34,867 nt of DNA, taken from the IMG/VR virus record IMGVR_UViG_3300022178_001225, positions 1 through 34,867 of that record. The stretch is one strand, 5' to 3'. Both the position numbers and the translations under genes were made by a program. Source of the DNA: a virus (lineage: Duplodnaviria; Caudoviricetes). The stretch's first letter is position 1, and each line of letters opens with the position of its first letter. Below the pieces are notes generated by a model. That model saw only the letters and a program-made list of their open reading frames with translations. It did not search any database and was not told where the DNA came from. Shown here in pieces: positions 6,437-15,443 of the stretch.

Positions 6437-7650
6437 CAATACTACGCTCTTTGATGGACAAAGAGTTCTACGATGACCATCGTGGAGCCAAATGTCCTGA
6501 CCGCATCTTCTCATCTGATGGTAAGAAGATAAAGAAATCTATCGACGAAGCTATGGAGAATTACGGCAGGGCTGTGCAGCCGGATGAGATTGAGGCCATA
6601 TTTATGGCTGACAATCCTTCGATGACTACAGCACAGAAGGCCGCGTACTCATCCCTCTTTGATAAGATCAGGCGTCAAGACCCTATGGGTTCAGACGTAG
6701 CACAAGACGTATTCATAAAAATGTTTCAGCAGGTAGTTGGTGAGGACATTGCCAACTTAGGCTTTGACTATGTGAATGGTACGGAGACTAGCCTCGAACC
6801 ACTGCGTGAATTGTTAGAGAACCATCAAGACAATTTCCTACCTCAGTTACGTGTGGAGTGGGAAGACATATCTCTTGAGTCATTACTAGCTAAGAATGCT
6901 TTGGAGACTAGATGGTCATTCAACATTCCTACGCTTGCACGTAAGGTTCCGGGCATCAACGGTGGTCATCTTGTGGAAATTGGGGCAAGACCCAACACCG
7001 GCAAGACATCCTTTCACGCAAGTCTTGTGTGTGGTCCGGGTGGCTTCGCGGATCAGGGTGCAAAGTGTGTTGTACTTTGTAATGAGGAAGGCGCACACCG
7101 TGTTGGCGCTAGATACCTCACCGCTGCGTTGGGTAAGGACGTACACAACATCAGCCAGAATAAAGAGACTGCACTACAGAAGTGGCAGATGATGAAGGAT
7201 CGTGTCTACATTAAGGACTCAACAGGCAAAGATATGGCGTGGGTTGAGACACTATGTAAGACATTCAAGCCGGACGTACTCATACTGGATATGGGTGACA
7301 AGTTCGCTAAGACGGGTGGCTTCGCTCGTATGGATGAAGCACTGAAGGCTAACGCAATCTATGCCCGACAGATAGCTAAGATGTATGACTGTGCAGTCCT
7401 CTACATGTCTCAGCTATCAGCAGACGCAGAGAATAAAGTCGTACTCAATCAGAGTATGATGGAAGGCAGTAGGACGGGTAAGGCAGCGGAAGCTGACCTC
7501 ATGTTACTTATTGCTAAGAACCCTCCCGTTGAGGGGCAGGACGAAGAAGACACGCAACGTCATCTTAACGTAGTTAAAAACAAGTTGACGGGGTGGCACG
7601 GCATAGTGCATTGTGACCTCGACTACAAAGTTGGTCGCTACACAGCATAA
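6427..7650 (+). CDS. Replicative DnaB/T7 gp4-like helicase
   Basis: Walker A GARPNTGKT, NEE, Walker B VLILD, MSQLS, EADL, VVKNK. Confidence 0.92.
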   Translation: MELAILRSLMDKEFYDDHRGAKCPDRIFSSDGKKIKKSIDEAMENYGRAVQPDEIEAIFMADNPSMTTAQKAAYSSLFDKIRRQDPMGSDVAQDVFIKMFQQVVGEDIANLGFDYVNGTETSLEPLRELLENHQDNFLPQLRVEWEDISLESLLAKNALETRWSFNIPTLARKVPGINGGHLVEIGARPNTGKTSFHASLVCGPGGFADQGAKCVVLCNEEGAHRVGARYLTAALGKDVHNISQNKETALQKWQMMKDRVYIKDSTGKDMAWVETLCKTFKPDVLILDMGDKFAKTGGFARMDEALKANAIYARQIAKMYDCAVLYMSQLSADAENKVVLNQSMMEGSRTGKAAEADLMLLIAKNPPVEGQDEEDTQRHLNVVKNKLTGWHGIVHCDLDYKVGRYTA

Positions 7651-7662
7651 TGGAGAACACTA

Positions 7663-7911
7663 ATGGCTGAACGAACTACCGCAACTAAGACACCCCGCCT
7701 ACGTCAACTGTATGACCCACCAACGCGAGTTCGTGTTGTAACTACAGGAGTAAACCCAAAGAGTGACCAACCCGAAAGCCTTACTGTAGATAATGTATCT
7801 TCTATGGTTTATGCTGATAAGGGCATTCAATTTGATATCCCAAACGAGAATGTAGTATTCATTCGTTGGGATACCATTAAGTTTTTTTCTACGGAGAAGA
7901 TGGATGGTTGA
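7663..7911 (+). CDS. Hypothetical protein (82 aa)
   Basis: GGAGA SD; packed. Confidence 0.7.
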   Translation: MAERTTATKTPRLRQLYDPPTRVRVVTTGVNPKSDQPESLTVDNVSSMVYADKGIQFDIPNENVVFIRWDTIKFFSTEKMDG

Positions 7912-8359
7912 TTTCGCACTAAGCTCACGGTCAAAAAAGAATCTTGAGGGCGTGAAGCCTGAACTGGTGGCCGTAGTAAAGGGTGCCATCCTTCTTACGA
8001 AGGTAGACTTCGGAGTCATTGAGGGTGTACGCACACTGGCTAGACAGAAGGAGCTTGTTCAATCTGGTGCATCACAGACAATGAAGTCTCGCCATCTTAC
8101 GGGAGACGCAGTGGACCTAATGTGTTATGTAGGTTCACGGGGATCGTGGGAACTTAACCTGTATGATGACATTGCTGACGCAATGAAGGAGGCAGCAATC
8201 GAACAGGGCGTAGGTATCTGTTGGGGTGCAGCGTGGAATGTGCCTGACATTCGTGTGTGGGAAGGAAGTATGGAGGACGCTATGAACTCCTACGTAGATA
8301 AGCGTAGATCAGAAGGCAGAAGACCCTTCATTGATGCGCCGCACTTCCAACTGGCATAG
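7904..8359 (+). CDS. Endolysin, peptidase M15 family (L-Ala-D-Glu type)
   Basis: LSSRSKKNLEGV, EGVRT..RQ, SRHLTGDAVD, WG..W, IDAPHFQL zinc-peptidase motifs. Confidence 0.9.
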   Translation: MVDFALSSRSKKNLEGVKPELVAVVKGAILLTKVDFGVIEGVRTLARQKELVQSGASQTMKSRHLTGDAVDLMCYVGSRGSWELNLYDDIADAMKEAAIEQGVGICWGAAWNVPDIRVWEGSMEDAMNSYVDKRRSEGRRPFIDAPHFQLA

Positions 8360-8363
8360 TCAC

Positions 8364-8624
8364 ATGACTAACCCTTTCTGGAAAGAGGTAGACAGTGCTG
8401 CGTGGATTAAGGAAGGCAGGCAGAAGCTATACTACGTAGACGTTCCCGTAGGTTGGAAGTATGGTTTTCCTAAAGCTATACCAAACAACGGCGTTGACTC
8501 TGTGTCAGACATATACGAATGGGTGATAGCCAACGGCTATCCCAAAGAAGAGATGGACAGATTAGGTTCATCCTTCTACATTCGTATGTGGACATACATC
8601 ACACCAGAAAGTAAGTCTCCGTAG
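8364..8624 (+). CDS. Hypothetical protein (86 aa)
   Basis: ORF directly after the lysin stop, containing DVPVGWKYGFPK and EWVIANGYP; 3' end overlaps the tRNA. Confidence 0.65.
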   Translation: MTNPFWKEVDSAAWIKEGRQKLYYVDVPVGWKYGFPKAIPNNGVDSVSDIYEWVIANGYPKEEMDRLGSSFYIRMWTYITPESKSP

Positions 8625-8691
8625 CTCAGTCGGATAGAGCAACAGCCTTCTAAGCTGTGGGTCATAGGTTCGAGTCCTATCGGGGACGCCA
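8615..8691 (+). tRNA. tRNA-Arg, anticodon TCT
   Basis: Acceptor GTCTCCG/CGGGGAC, D arm GCTC/GAGC, anticodon arm ACAGC-CT-TCT-AA-GCTGT (TCT at 8649-8651), T arm ATAGG-TTCGAGT-CCTAT, encoded CCA. Confidence 0.97.
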
Positions 8692-8715
8692 ACAAATTAA
8701 AGAAGGAACAGGCAA

Positions 8716-9393
8716 ATGTCTGAAGTACAATTAGCGAGCTTCACACGGGCAGTAGAAGGGCAATCGGTAAACGAAAATCTAGTTGATCTCGTCGCCTACT
8801 ATGCCCGTGTGTCGAACCCAGCGTCACAAATTAGTGGCATCAATAATGAGAAACTCATTCGTTATCTCATTAGAAACAAGCACTGGTCGCCATTCGAGAT
8901 GGCTAATGTGTGTCTTGATATAATGTCTTCAAGAGATATAACGAGACAACTGATACGCCACAAATCGTTTTCTCTGCAAGAGTTTTCTCAACGATATGCA
9001 GCCACTGAAACTGTGTATGGGTTTAGGGAGGCCAGAGTGCAAGACCTCACTAACAGGCAAAACTCCCTACCTAACACAGACGTTGCCACTGAGGCGTGGT
9101 GGAAGCGCGCTCAAACAGACGTAGAAAACCTTACGTTCAGCCTCTACGATCAGGCATTGAAAATGAACATAGCCAAAGAGCAAGCAAGAGCATTGCTGCC
9201 GGAGGGCTTGACACGGACTAGACTATATGTAAATGGTACTCTACGTAGTTGGATTCACTATGTGGAATTACGTACTGACCCTTCCACTCAGAAGGAGCAT
9301 CGCGTACTAGCCACTCAGTGTGCAACTGAAATTGCTAAAGTCTTTCCAATGATAATGGAGTTCGTACATGAGCAAGAGCGTGAAGAATATTAA
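8716..9393 (+). CDS. thyX: Flavin-dependent thymidylate synthase
   Basis: ARVS, HWSPFE, RHKSFSLQEFSQRY, AKEQARALLP, NGTLRSWIHY, TQKEHR. Confidence 0.95.
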   Translation: MSEVQLASFTRAVEGQSVNENLVDLVAYYARVSNPASQISGINNEKLIRYLIRNKHWSPFEMANVCLDIMSSRDITRQLIRHKSFSLQEFSQRYAATETVYGFREARVQDLTNRQNSLPNTDVATEAWWKRAQTDVENLTFSLYDQALKMNIAKEQARALLPEGLTRTRLYVNGTLRSWIHYVELRTDPSTQKEHRVLATQCATEIAKVFPMIMEFVHEQEREEY

Positions 9394-9604
9394 CATCGAA
9401 ACTTACGTGGATTTAAATCCTGCGGGAGACTTCGACGTTATCGTATACATAGGAGATGGTGATCCCACTGTTGAGGGGTCCGTATCCTTCAAGTCCATAT
9501 TGGAGGAATTGTGTAGTCATACAGACATTGAGGAGAGGGCAAAGATATTTGATATCATGCGCTCTCAAATGATCCCGTATGATAAAGAGAGAAAGGAAAG
9601 TTGA
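9368..9604 (+). CDS. Hypothetical protein (78 aa)
   Basis: GGAG SD; overlaps neighbours. Confidence 0.65.
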   Translation: MSKSVKNINIETYVDLNPAGDFDVIVYIGDGDPTVEGSVSFKSILEELCSHTDIEERAKIFDIMRSQMIPYDKERKES

Positions 9605-10023
9605 AAAATGTACGTAAATACTTCTCACATGCGAGAACAGTTGCACTCGCTTCTGAAGGCGTTGGCGGTAGTAGCAGTGCTCGGTTCCGTCTGGGCGCTG
9701 TTCTGGTGGACCGCCATATCGTATCGTCTGGGATAAATAGCTACAAGACACATCCCAGATTAAAAGGTCTAACTCAGTATCCATTTTTACATGCTGAACA
9801 ACATGCGTTGTTTAAATATGGCATTGAGAATGCTGCCGGGTTAGACCTTTATGTGTGTCGAGTGATGGCTAACGGTAGGTTGGCTATGGCTAGACCCTGT
9901 TATGTTTGTATGCACTTTATTAAAACAGCAGGACTAAACAAAGTGTACTATAGCATCAATCAAAATAGGTACGGCCTATATGATGTAGCAACAGGAGACA
10001 CACAAATATGTCACCTCAAGTAG
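9601..10023 (+). CDS. Zn-dependent cytidine/dCMP deaminase-fold protein
   Basis: LGAVLV..G.N, HAE and PCxxC (PCYVC), VYYS. TTG start after AAGGA. Confidence 0.85.
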   Translation: MKNVRKYFSHARTVALASEGVGGSSSARFRLGAVLVDRHIVSSGINSYKTHPRLKGLTQYPFLHAEQHALFKYGIENAAGLDLYVCRVMANGRLAMARPCYVCMHFIKTAGLNKVYYSINQNRYGLYDVATGDTQICHLK

Positions 10024-10181
10024 AGATGCTATACAACTTGAGTAAGTTGATTAGGCATCAGCAGACTAGTGGCTACGGTTTCAGTCAAGAGGAGATGATG
10101 CGTTTATGGCAGGCGTATCAAAACATCATTGACTTCTGGGATTTAATTCTTCAGTATGATGAAGATGACAAAATTCATTAG
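10008..10181 (+). CDS. Small hypothetical protein (57 aa, MSPQVEMLYNL...), not in ORF track
   Basis: AGGAGA SD; fills the gap before polA. Confidence 0.65.
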   Translation: MSPQVEMLYNLSKLIRHQQTSGYGFSQEEMMRLWQAYQNIIDFWDLILQYDEDDKIH

Positions 10182-10190
10182 GAGAGAAAC

Positions 10191-12227
10191 ATGAAGGTAG
10201 TTCTCGACGTTGAGAATACTGTCACAGAGAGAGGCGGCAAGCTTCATCTTGATCCCTACGAACCCACCAACGCATTAGTGATGGTGGGTGTTTTATTTGA
10301 TACAGGAGAACATCATGTCTACACCTTCAACCATTCGGAAAAGCCATCGGACGACGTTACGGAACTACGCCGCATACTTCAGCAATGTACTGTTCTGATT
10401 GGTCACAATCTAGTACATGACTTGACGTGGTTGTGGGAGACTGGCTTTCAATATGATGGTGCCATTTGGGACACAATGGTTGCGGAGTATGTTCTGCAAG
10501 AGGGTCAGAAACTTCCCCTATCACTAGACGCCTGCTCTGAACGATACGATCTTGCAGTGAAGAAGCAGGACACACTGCACAACTATCTGAAGCAGGGCTA
10601 CAGTGTGGCTGACATACCACACGCTGAACTTACAGAGTATCTGATTGCTGACCTGAAAGCTACGCAGGAGTTAGCTAATATACAGAGGCGTCGTTTACTC
10701 TCCAACGATAAAGGTACACTACTTGAGACAGTGACCCTAAGTAATCAGGTAACTCAGTCTCTCGCCCGTATGAACCGCACAGGCATAGCCGTTGACAGAA
10801 ATGTATTGAGTGAGGTACGTGAGGAGTTCAACAGAGAACGTAACGACCTTATCAATGAACTTGATGGCATAGCGCGAGACGTTATGGGTGACTACCCACT
10901 CAACCTCAACAGTCCTGAACAGCTATCGTGGCTAATCTATTCTCGTAAGCCTTACGACAAAAAGAATTGGGCTGACAACTTCGATGACTACATGAGTAAG
11001 ACAGACTTCAACTCCTGTGTGAAGCAGCACTCTGAGATTATATATAAGAAGAAGGCGAAGCAGTGTAAAGCTTGCTACGGCACGGGTAAGGTACGTAAGA
11101 TGAAGAAGAATGGTCAGCCGTTTGCTAAACCTTCTAAGTGTCCTACGTGTGATGCAGAGGGCTACCTATACACATCTACGGATGAAATAGCGGGCCTAAA
11201 GTTTAAGGCACCCAACCCAAAGTGGGTTAGTGCTGGAGGCTTCAGTACGAACAAGCAAGACCTAACTCTGTTGGCTGCTACTGCGGTACGAACTAAGAAC
11301 AAAGTAGCTGAACAGTTTATTGGTAAGGTCATTCGGCTGAGTGCCGTTGAAACTTACCTGTCCTCATTTGTTGGTGGTATTGACACTTTCACAAAGCCAG
11401 ACAATATGCTGCACGTACAGCTTACACAAACAATCACATCTACTGGTCGCTTCTCTGGGCGCAATCCTAACATGCAGAACATGCCTCGCGGGGGAACATT
11501 CCCCGTGAAGAAATGCTTTGTGTCTCGTTGGGAAGGTGGTAGTATACTTGAGGCAGACTTTGCACAACTGGAGTTCCGTGTGGCTGCCTTTCTATCACAA
11601 GACACACTAGCCATAGAGGAGGTAACAAATGGCTTCGACGTACATTCCTACACAGCGCAGGTTATCAGCGATGCGGGTCAGCCTACAACACGCCAGCAGG
11701 CGAAGGCACATACATTCGCACCCCTCTACGGAGCAACAGGCTTCGGTAGATCACCAGCAGAGGCTAAGTACTACGAACACTTTGGAGATAAGTACAGAGG
11801 CATTGCCAGATGGCACAAAGAGCTTGCCAAAGAAGCTCTGAATGAAGGCCACATACGTACACCTTCCGGTAGGCAGTTTGCTTTTCCTGACGTAACAAGA
11901 CGGGCAAACGGTACACCTACATTCTTCACACAGATAAAGAATTATCCTGTGCAGTCGTTTGCTACGGCAGACATTGTGCCGCTGTCTTTAATCCACATTG
12001 AAAACCAACTGAAAGGAAAAAATACTTGCATTGTTAACACGGTGCATGACTCAATCGTGCTGGACGTACACCCAGATGAAACGGAGTATGCCCTGCAAGT
12101 GATTGATAATACAAATGATAATCTGAAAAACCTCATCGACTTGAGGTGGGGTATTGACTTCAACGTGCCTTTACTTTTAGAGGCAAAAATAGGACCGAAT
12201 TGGCTTGACACCAAAGATGTCACCTGA
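10191..12227 (+). CDS. polA: Family A DNA polymerase with 3'-5' exonuclease and DnaJ-like zinc-finger insert
   Basis: Exo motifs LDVE, GHN..HD, YLIAD; TGRFS; motif A DFAQLEFR; motif B RQQAKAHTFAPLYG; motif C VHDSIV; insert CKACYGTG...CPTCDAEG. Confidence 0.96.
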   Translation: MKVVLDVENTVTERGGKLHLDPYEPTNALVMVGVLFDTGEHHVYTFNHSEKPSDDVTELRRILQQCTVLIGHNLVHDLTWLWETGFQYDGAIWDTMVAEYVLQEGQKLPLSLDACSERYDLAVKKQDTLHNYLKQGYSVADIPHAELTEYLIADLKATQELANIQRRRLLSNDKGTLLETVTLSNQVTQSLARMNRTGIAVDRNVLSEVREEFNRERNDLINELDGIARDVMGDYPLNLNSPEQLSWLIYSRKPYDKKNWADNFDDYMSKTDFNSCVKQHSEIIYKKKAKQCKACYGTGKVRKMKKNGQPFAKPSKCPTCDAEGYLYTSTDEIAGLKFKAPNPKWVSAGGFSTNKQDLTLLAATAVRTKNKVAEQFIGKVIRLSAVETYLSSFVGGIDTFTKPDNMLHVQLTQTITSTGRFSGRNPNMQNMPRGGTFPVKKCFVSRWEGGSILEADFAQLEFRVAAFLSQDTLAIEEVTNGFDVHSYTAQVISDAGQPTTRQQAKAHTFAPLYGATGFGRSPAEAKYYEHFGDKYRGIARWHKELAKEALNEGHIRTPSGRQFAFPDVTRRANGTPTFFTQIKNYPVQSFATADIVPLSLIHIENQLKGKNTCIVNTVHDSIVLDVHPDETEYALQVIDNTNDNLKNLIDLRWGIDFNVPLLLEAKIGPNWLDTKDVT

Positions 12228-12233
12228 TATAAC
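12205..12233 (+). promoter_or_regulatory. Near-consensus sigma70 promoter
   Basis: TTGACA (12205-12210), 17 bp, TATAAC (12228-12233), then AGGAGA SD and ATG at 12263. Confidence 0.8.
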
Positions 12234-12262
12234 TTCGGACCTTAACAGGAGAATAAGTTACT

Positions 12263-13162
12263 ATGAACGAACTAGCAAATCTAAACACAACTAACTTCGC
12301 AGAACTTGCACTGCTTGCAGGTATGGGTACTCCATATGCGGAATCTAAAACCTCTTCCCTCATGCGTCTTGCATTGCAACACAAGCCTATCTCTGCAAAG
12401 CAGGACATCAAAGGTAAGAAGGTCAATGTGGAAGTCGTTGAAGCAGGCAGCTTCCGCATTGAAGAGCCTATTGCGGATGGTAAGAAAATCTATTCTTCCA
12501 ACGTAACCCTTCGACCCTTCATGCAGCGTGTATTCTACAAGCGTTTCATTATGGGCGATGGAGATAAACCTAATAGGTTCCGAAAGACCGTGATGGCTAA
12601 TGACTTGAAGTCTGAATTAAAGGATACTGATGGAGGCTTCAACTGTGGTAAGCCAAATCAGTACTTTGAAGATTGGAATCAAGTTCCTGATAATGTCAAG
12701 TCGGTTATCCGTGCTACTAAAAGAACACGGGCTATCTTCGGTACATTGACAGTGAAGGACGCCGTAGATGCAGAGGGTAATCCTGTCTCTACACCCGATC
12801 CTTTTCCAGCAATTTGGGAGGTCAATAACAATGAGGCTTACACCTCTGTTAATGCACCTTTCAATAAGTTGTACAAGATGCAGCAGCTTCCAATGAGCTA
12901 CAACATAGTCTTGTCAACTGAAGAAAAGCCATTGCCAAATGGTGACAGCTTCTATCTACCTCGTGTGGCACTCGATCTTAAAAATAAGATTGATCTACTG
13001 GACTCCGATCAAGATACCTTCACTAACTTTCTTGATTGGATTAAGGACCACAACTCCTACGTACTCAGTAAGTGGGACGAGAATAATGTAGATGATGTTG
13101 ATGATACCACTAAGGATTTAGTGGACGAGTTCATTGACGTAGCCTCTGAGGAGGCTGCTTAA
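12263..13162 (+). CDS. Conserved replication-module protein, probable ssDNA-binding protein
   Basis: Lies between polA and the exonuclease; beta-rich core; strongly acidic C-terminal tail; own strong promoter. Confidence 0.55.
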   Translation: MNELANLNTTNFAELALLAGMGTPYAESKTSSLMRLALQHKPISAKQDIKGKKVNVEVVEAGSFRIEEPIADGKKIYSSNVTLRPFMQRVFYKRFIMGDGDKPNRFRKTVMANDLKSELKDTDGGFNCGKPNQYFEDWNQVPDNVKSVIRATKRTRAIFGTLTVKDAVDAEGNPVSTPDPFPAIWEVNNNEAYTSVNAPFNKLYKMQQLPMSYNIVLSTEEKPLPNGDSFYLPRVALDLKNKIDLLDSDQDTFTNFLDWIKDHNSYVLSKWDENNVDDVDDTTKDLVDEFIDVASEEAA

Positions 13163-14023
13163 ATGAATCACCCCGCTGAACTGACACTACATAAGTTACT
13201 CACGGATTTACGTGATGGCAAGACTTCGATGTCTCATTCCTCCATCGAACAAATTGTATCCGGTGTTCGTGATTCACTTGAGCGTCAGTTCGGTGGGGGT
13301 GGTCAGCAAGCATTTAGACTACGTATGTCTAATATAGGCAGACCATATTGCCAGCTTTGGTATCAGAAGAACAGACCCGATATTGAACGGTCACTACCTA
13401 CCACATTTATTCTTAACATGATGTTAGGTGATATTGTGGAAGCCGTCTTTAAAGGTCTTCTTACTGAGGCTGGTGTAGAATATACGGACAGCGAAGAGGT
13501 CAGACTTGAATTAGAAGATGGCACCATCATTAAAGGTACAACTGATCTTAGTATCGACGGTGCTGTTGACGACGTTAAGTCTGCCTCTCCGTGGTCCTAT
13601 ATGCACAAGTTCTCTGATTTCCAAACCTTAAAGAAAGGAGATTCATTTGGCTACGTAGGACAACTAGCAGGCTATGCTAAAGGCTTAGATAAAAAAGCTG
13701 GTGGCTGGTGGGTAGTAAACAAAGCCAACGGAAACTTCAAATATGTTGAGGCAAATGAACTTGACATTGACGAAGAAATTACTACATTACAAGATAAGGT
13801 GCAGAAGTTAGACGTTAATGAATTTGAACGATCCTTTGAGGCAGTGCCTGAGTACTACAGGAGAAAGCCAACGGGAAACACAGTTTTAAATTCAGCGTGT
13901 AAATTCTGTGACTATAAGAGGGATTGTTACAAGTCTTTAATCACAAGACCATCAATACCCTCTACCGCTAAAGAGCCACCAGAGGTGGACTACGTACACA
14001 TTGAGGAGAAATACAATGACTGA
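13163..14023 (+). CDS. PD-(D/E)XK exonuclease, Cas4/AddB-like with probable Fe-S cluster
   Basis: LRMSNIGRPYC, GTTD...DDVKS, QLAGY; C-terminal CKFCDYKRDC gives a 1+3 Cys arrangement. Confidence 0.85.
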   Translation: MNHPAELTLHKLLTDLRDGKTSMSHSSIEQIVSGVRDSLERQFGGGGQQAFRLRMSNIGRPYCQLWYQKNRPDIERSLPTTFILNMMLGDIVEAVFKGLLTEAGVEYTDSEEVRLELEDGTIIKGTTDLSIDGAVDDVKSASPWSYMHKFSDFQTLKKGDSFGYVGQLAGYAKGLDKKAGGWWVVNKANGNFKYVEANELDIDEEITTLQDKVQKLDVNEFERSFEAVPEYYRRKPTGNTVLNSACKFCDYKRDCYKSLITRPSIPSTAKEPPEVDYVHIEEKYND

Positions 14024-14252
14024 ATTATACGATGATCTTACTATGGAACAACTGAAAGAAACAGTTGACAATCTACAGGAAGAATTATCGGCAGCACGAA
14101 AGGAGTACAACGAAAGGCGAACTACAATGCTACGTAGTTTGATGGAAACTAAACGCGACACAGATGCAGCCATTCAACAAGAAATGGTGAAGTTGGGATA
14201 CAGTTCATTCCGACCAGCGCATAAGTTTGCTTCGAGTTTCTGGTCTTACTGA
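14016..14252 (+). CDS. Hypothetical coiled-coil protein (78 aa)
   Basis: GAGGAG SD supports ATG at 14016. Confidence 0.7.
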   Translation: MTELYDDLTMEQLKETVDNLQEELSAARKEYNERRTTMLRSLMETKRDTDAAIQQEMVKLGYSSFRPAHKFASSFWSY

Positions 14253-14698
14253 TGAATAGAAAGCAGTTTCGTGCTGCTCGAAAGAAGGGGTACAGGTCTG
14301 GCTTAGAGGTAAAGGTTGCCGAAAGTCTTGACATTATCGGACAGAAATACCGATATGAAAAAGTTAAGATTGAATGGGAAGACTTATCTTACAGAACCTA
14401 TACCCCCGATTTCGTACTCAATAACAATATTATAATTGAGACTAAAGGTTTATTCACATCCCCAGACAGACGTAAGCATGTGCAGATTAAGAAGCAGCAT
14501 CCTGAATTGGATATTCGTTTTGTTTTTACTAACAGTAAAGCTAAACTTTACAAAGGTGCAAAAAATACCTACGGTCAGTGGTGTACCAAAAAAGGTTTTA
14601 AATACTACGACCGCATCATACCAGAAGACTGGTTGACAGAAGAACCAAACGACGCTATACCATCCTTCATCGACTTCAAAGGGACTAAACGAAAATGA
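14252..14698 (+). CDS. T7 endonuclease I-like Holliday junction resolvase
   Basis: GYRSGLE, YTPDF, IETKG, DRRKH, HPELDIRFVF, TYGQWC. Confidence 0.93.
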   Translation: MNRKQFRAARKKGYRSGLEVKVAESLDIIGQKYRYEKVKIEWEDLSYRTYTPDFVLNNNIIIETKGLFTSPDRRKHVQIKKQHPELDIRFVFTNSKAKLYKGAKNTYGQWCTKKGFKYYDRIIPEDWLTEEPNDAIPSFIDFKGTKRK

Positions 14699-15054
14699 CT
14701 ACCTTCAAAGACTCCTTCACGGAAGATAGCTTCTACCTCAAGTTCACACCTCTTATCGAAGATAACGGTAGATGGGCCGGTGACATTGACGTAGAAGCAA
14801 TCATCCACGATGACAATGGTCTTTCACCGGAAGACGAACAGAAGATGGAGAATGTTCTTCATATGGTATCTGCCAGCATTCATCTCTATGAACAGAATGA
14901 AGAGGTGTATAATATGGCACGAGAATTAGTCATTAACGGACTAAATAAAGATGACAATGAATATCTCTTGAACCAGACACCTGAAGAAGAAACAAAAGCA
15001 AAACCATCCTTTACAACAAACGGAAACGTAATCTCTGTGGGGTTTGGTAAGTGA
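14695..15054 (+). CDS. Hypothetical acidic protein (119 aa)
   Basis: ATGA overlap; ends in GNVISVGF. Confidence 0.7.
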   Translation: MTTFKDSFTEDSFYLKFTPLIEDNGRWAGDIDVEAIIHDDNGLSPEDEQKMENVLHMVSASIHLYEQNEEVYNMARELVINGLNKDDNEYLLNQTPEEETKAKPSFTTNGNVISVGFGK

Positions 15055-15281
15055 GCGAAGATGAGATAAACAACCCAGACCATTACAATATGAGTGGTAT
15101 GGAAACTATAGACTTACTACAAGAGTCTATGGGCATGACTGAATTTGAAGGATACCTAAAAGGCAACATACTAAAATATGTTAGCCGATACAGGTTCAAA
15201 CATGCAGAAGACCCTGTGAAAGACTTACTGAAGGCACAGTGGTATCTGAATAAGTTAATTGGGACACTACAAAAACAATGA
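15051..15281 (+). CDS. DUF3310 / T7 gp1.7-like putative nucleotide kinase
   Basis: INNPDHY..G.ETID, GYLKGNILKYVSRY..K, DLLKAQWYL. Confidence 0.85.
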   Translation: MSEDEINNPDHYNMSGMETIDLLQESMGMTEFEGYLKGNILKYVSRYRFKHAEDPVKDLLKAQWYLNKLIGTLQKQ

Positions 15282-15442
15282 AAGTTCGTATGATGATTAC
15301 GGTGGAGGTTGACACTGAAGAATATCCTATGCCATCTGATGAGAATGTAGGCATAGAGCTTGAGCGTACCTTCACCGAAATTATCTACGACATTAACGGC
15401 CTATCAATTGTAGGCTTCAAAACAACACAGACGGGGAATTAG
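15278..15442 (+). CDS. Small hypothetical protein (54 aa, MKVRMMITVEVDTEEYPMPSD...), not in ORF track
   Basis: ATGA overlap; ends 1 nt before the RNR ATG. Confidence 0.7.
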   Translation: MKVRMMITVEVDTEEYPMPSDENVGIELERTFTEIIYDINGLSIVGFKTTQTGN

Positions 15443-15443
15443 T

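Noticed and set aside
13163-14023. Cas4-like nuclease as evidence of a CRISPR system
   Set aside because: No array or other cas genes; this is the usual replication-module exonuclease position.
3224-15345. Other CTGATGA heptamers (near 3224, 3903, 3979, 14249, 15336)
   Set aside because: All lie in coding sequence and I found no matching GAAA/NUH with three stems.
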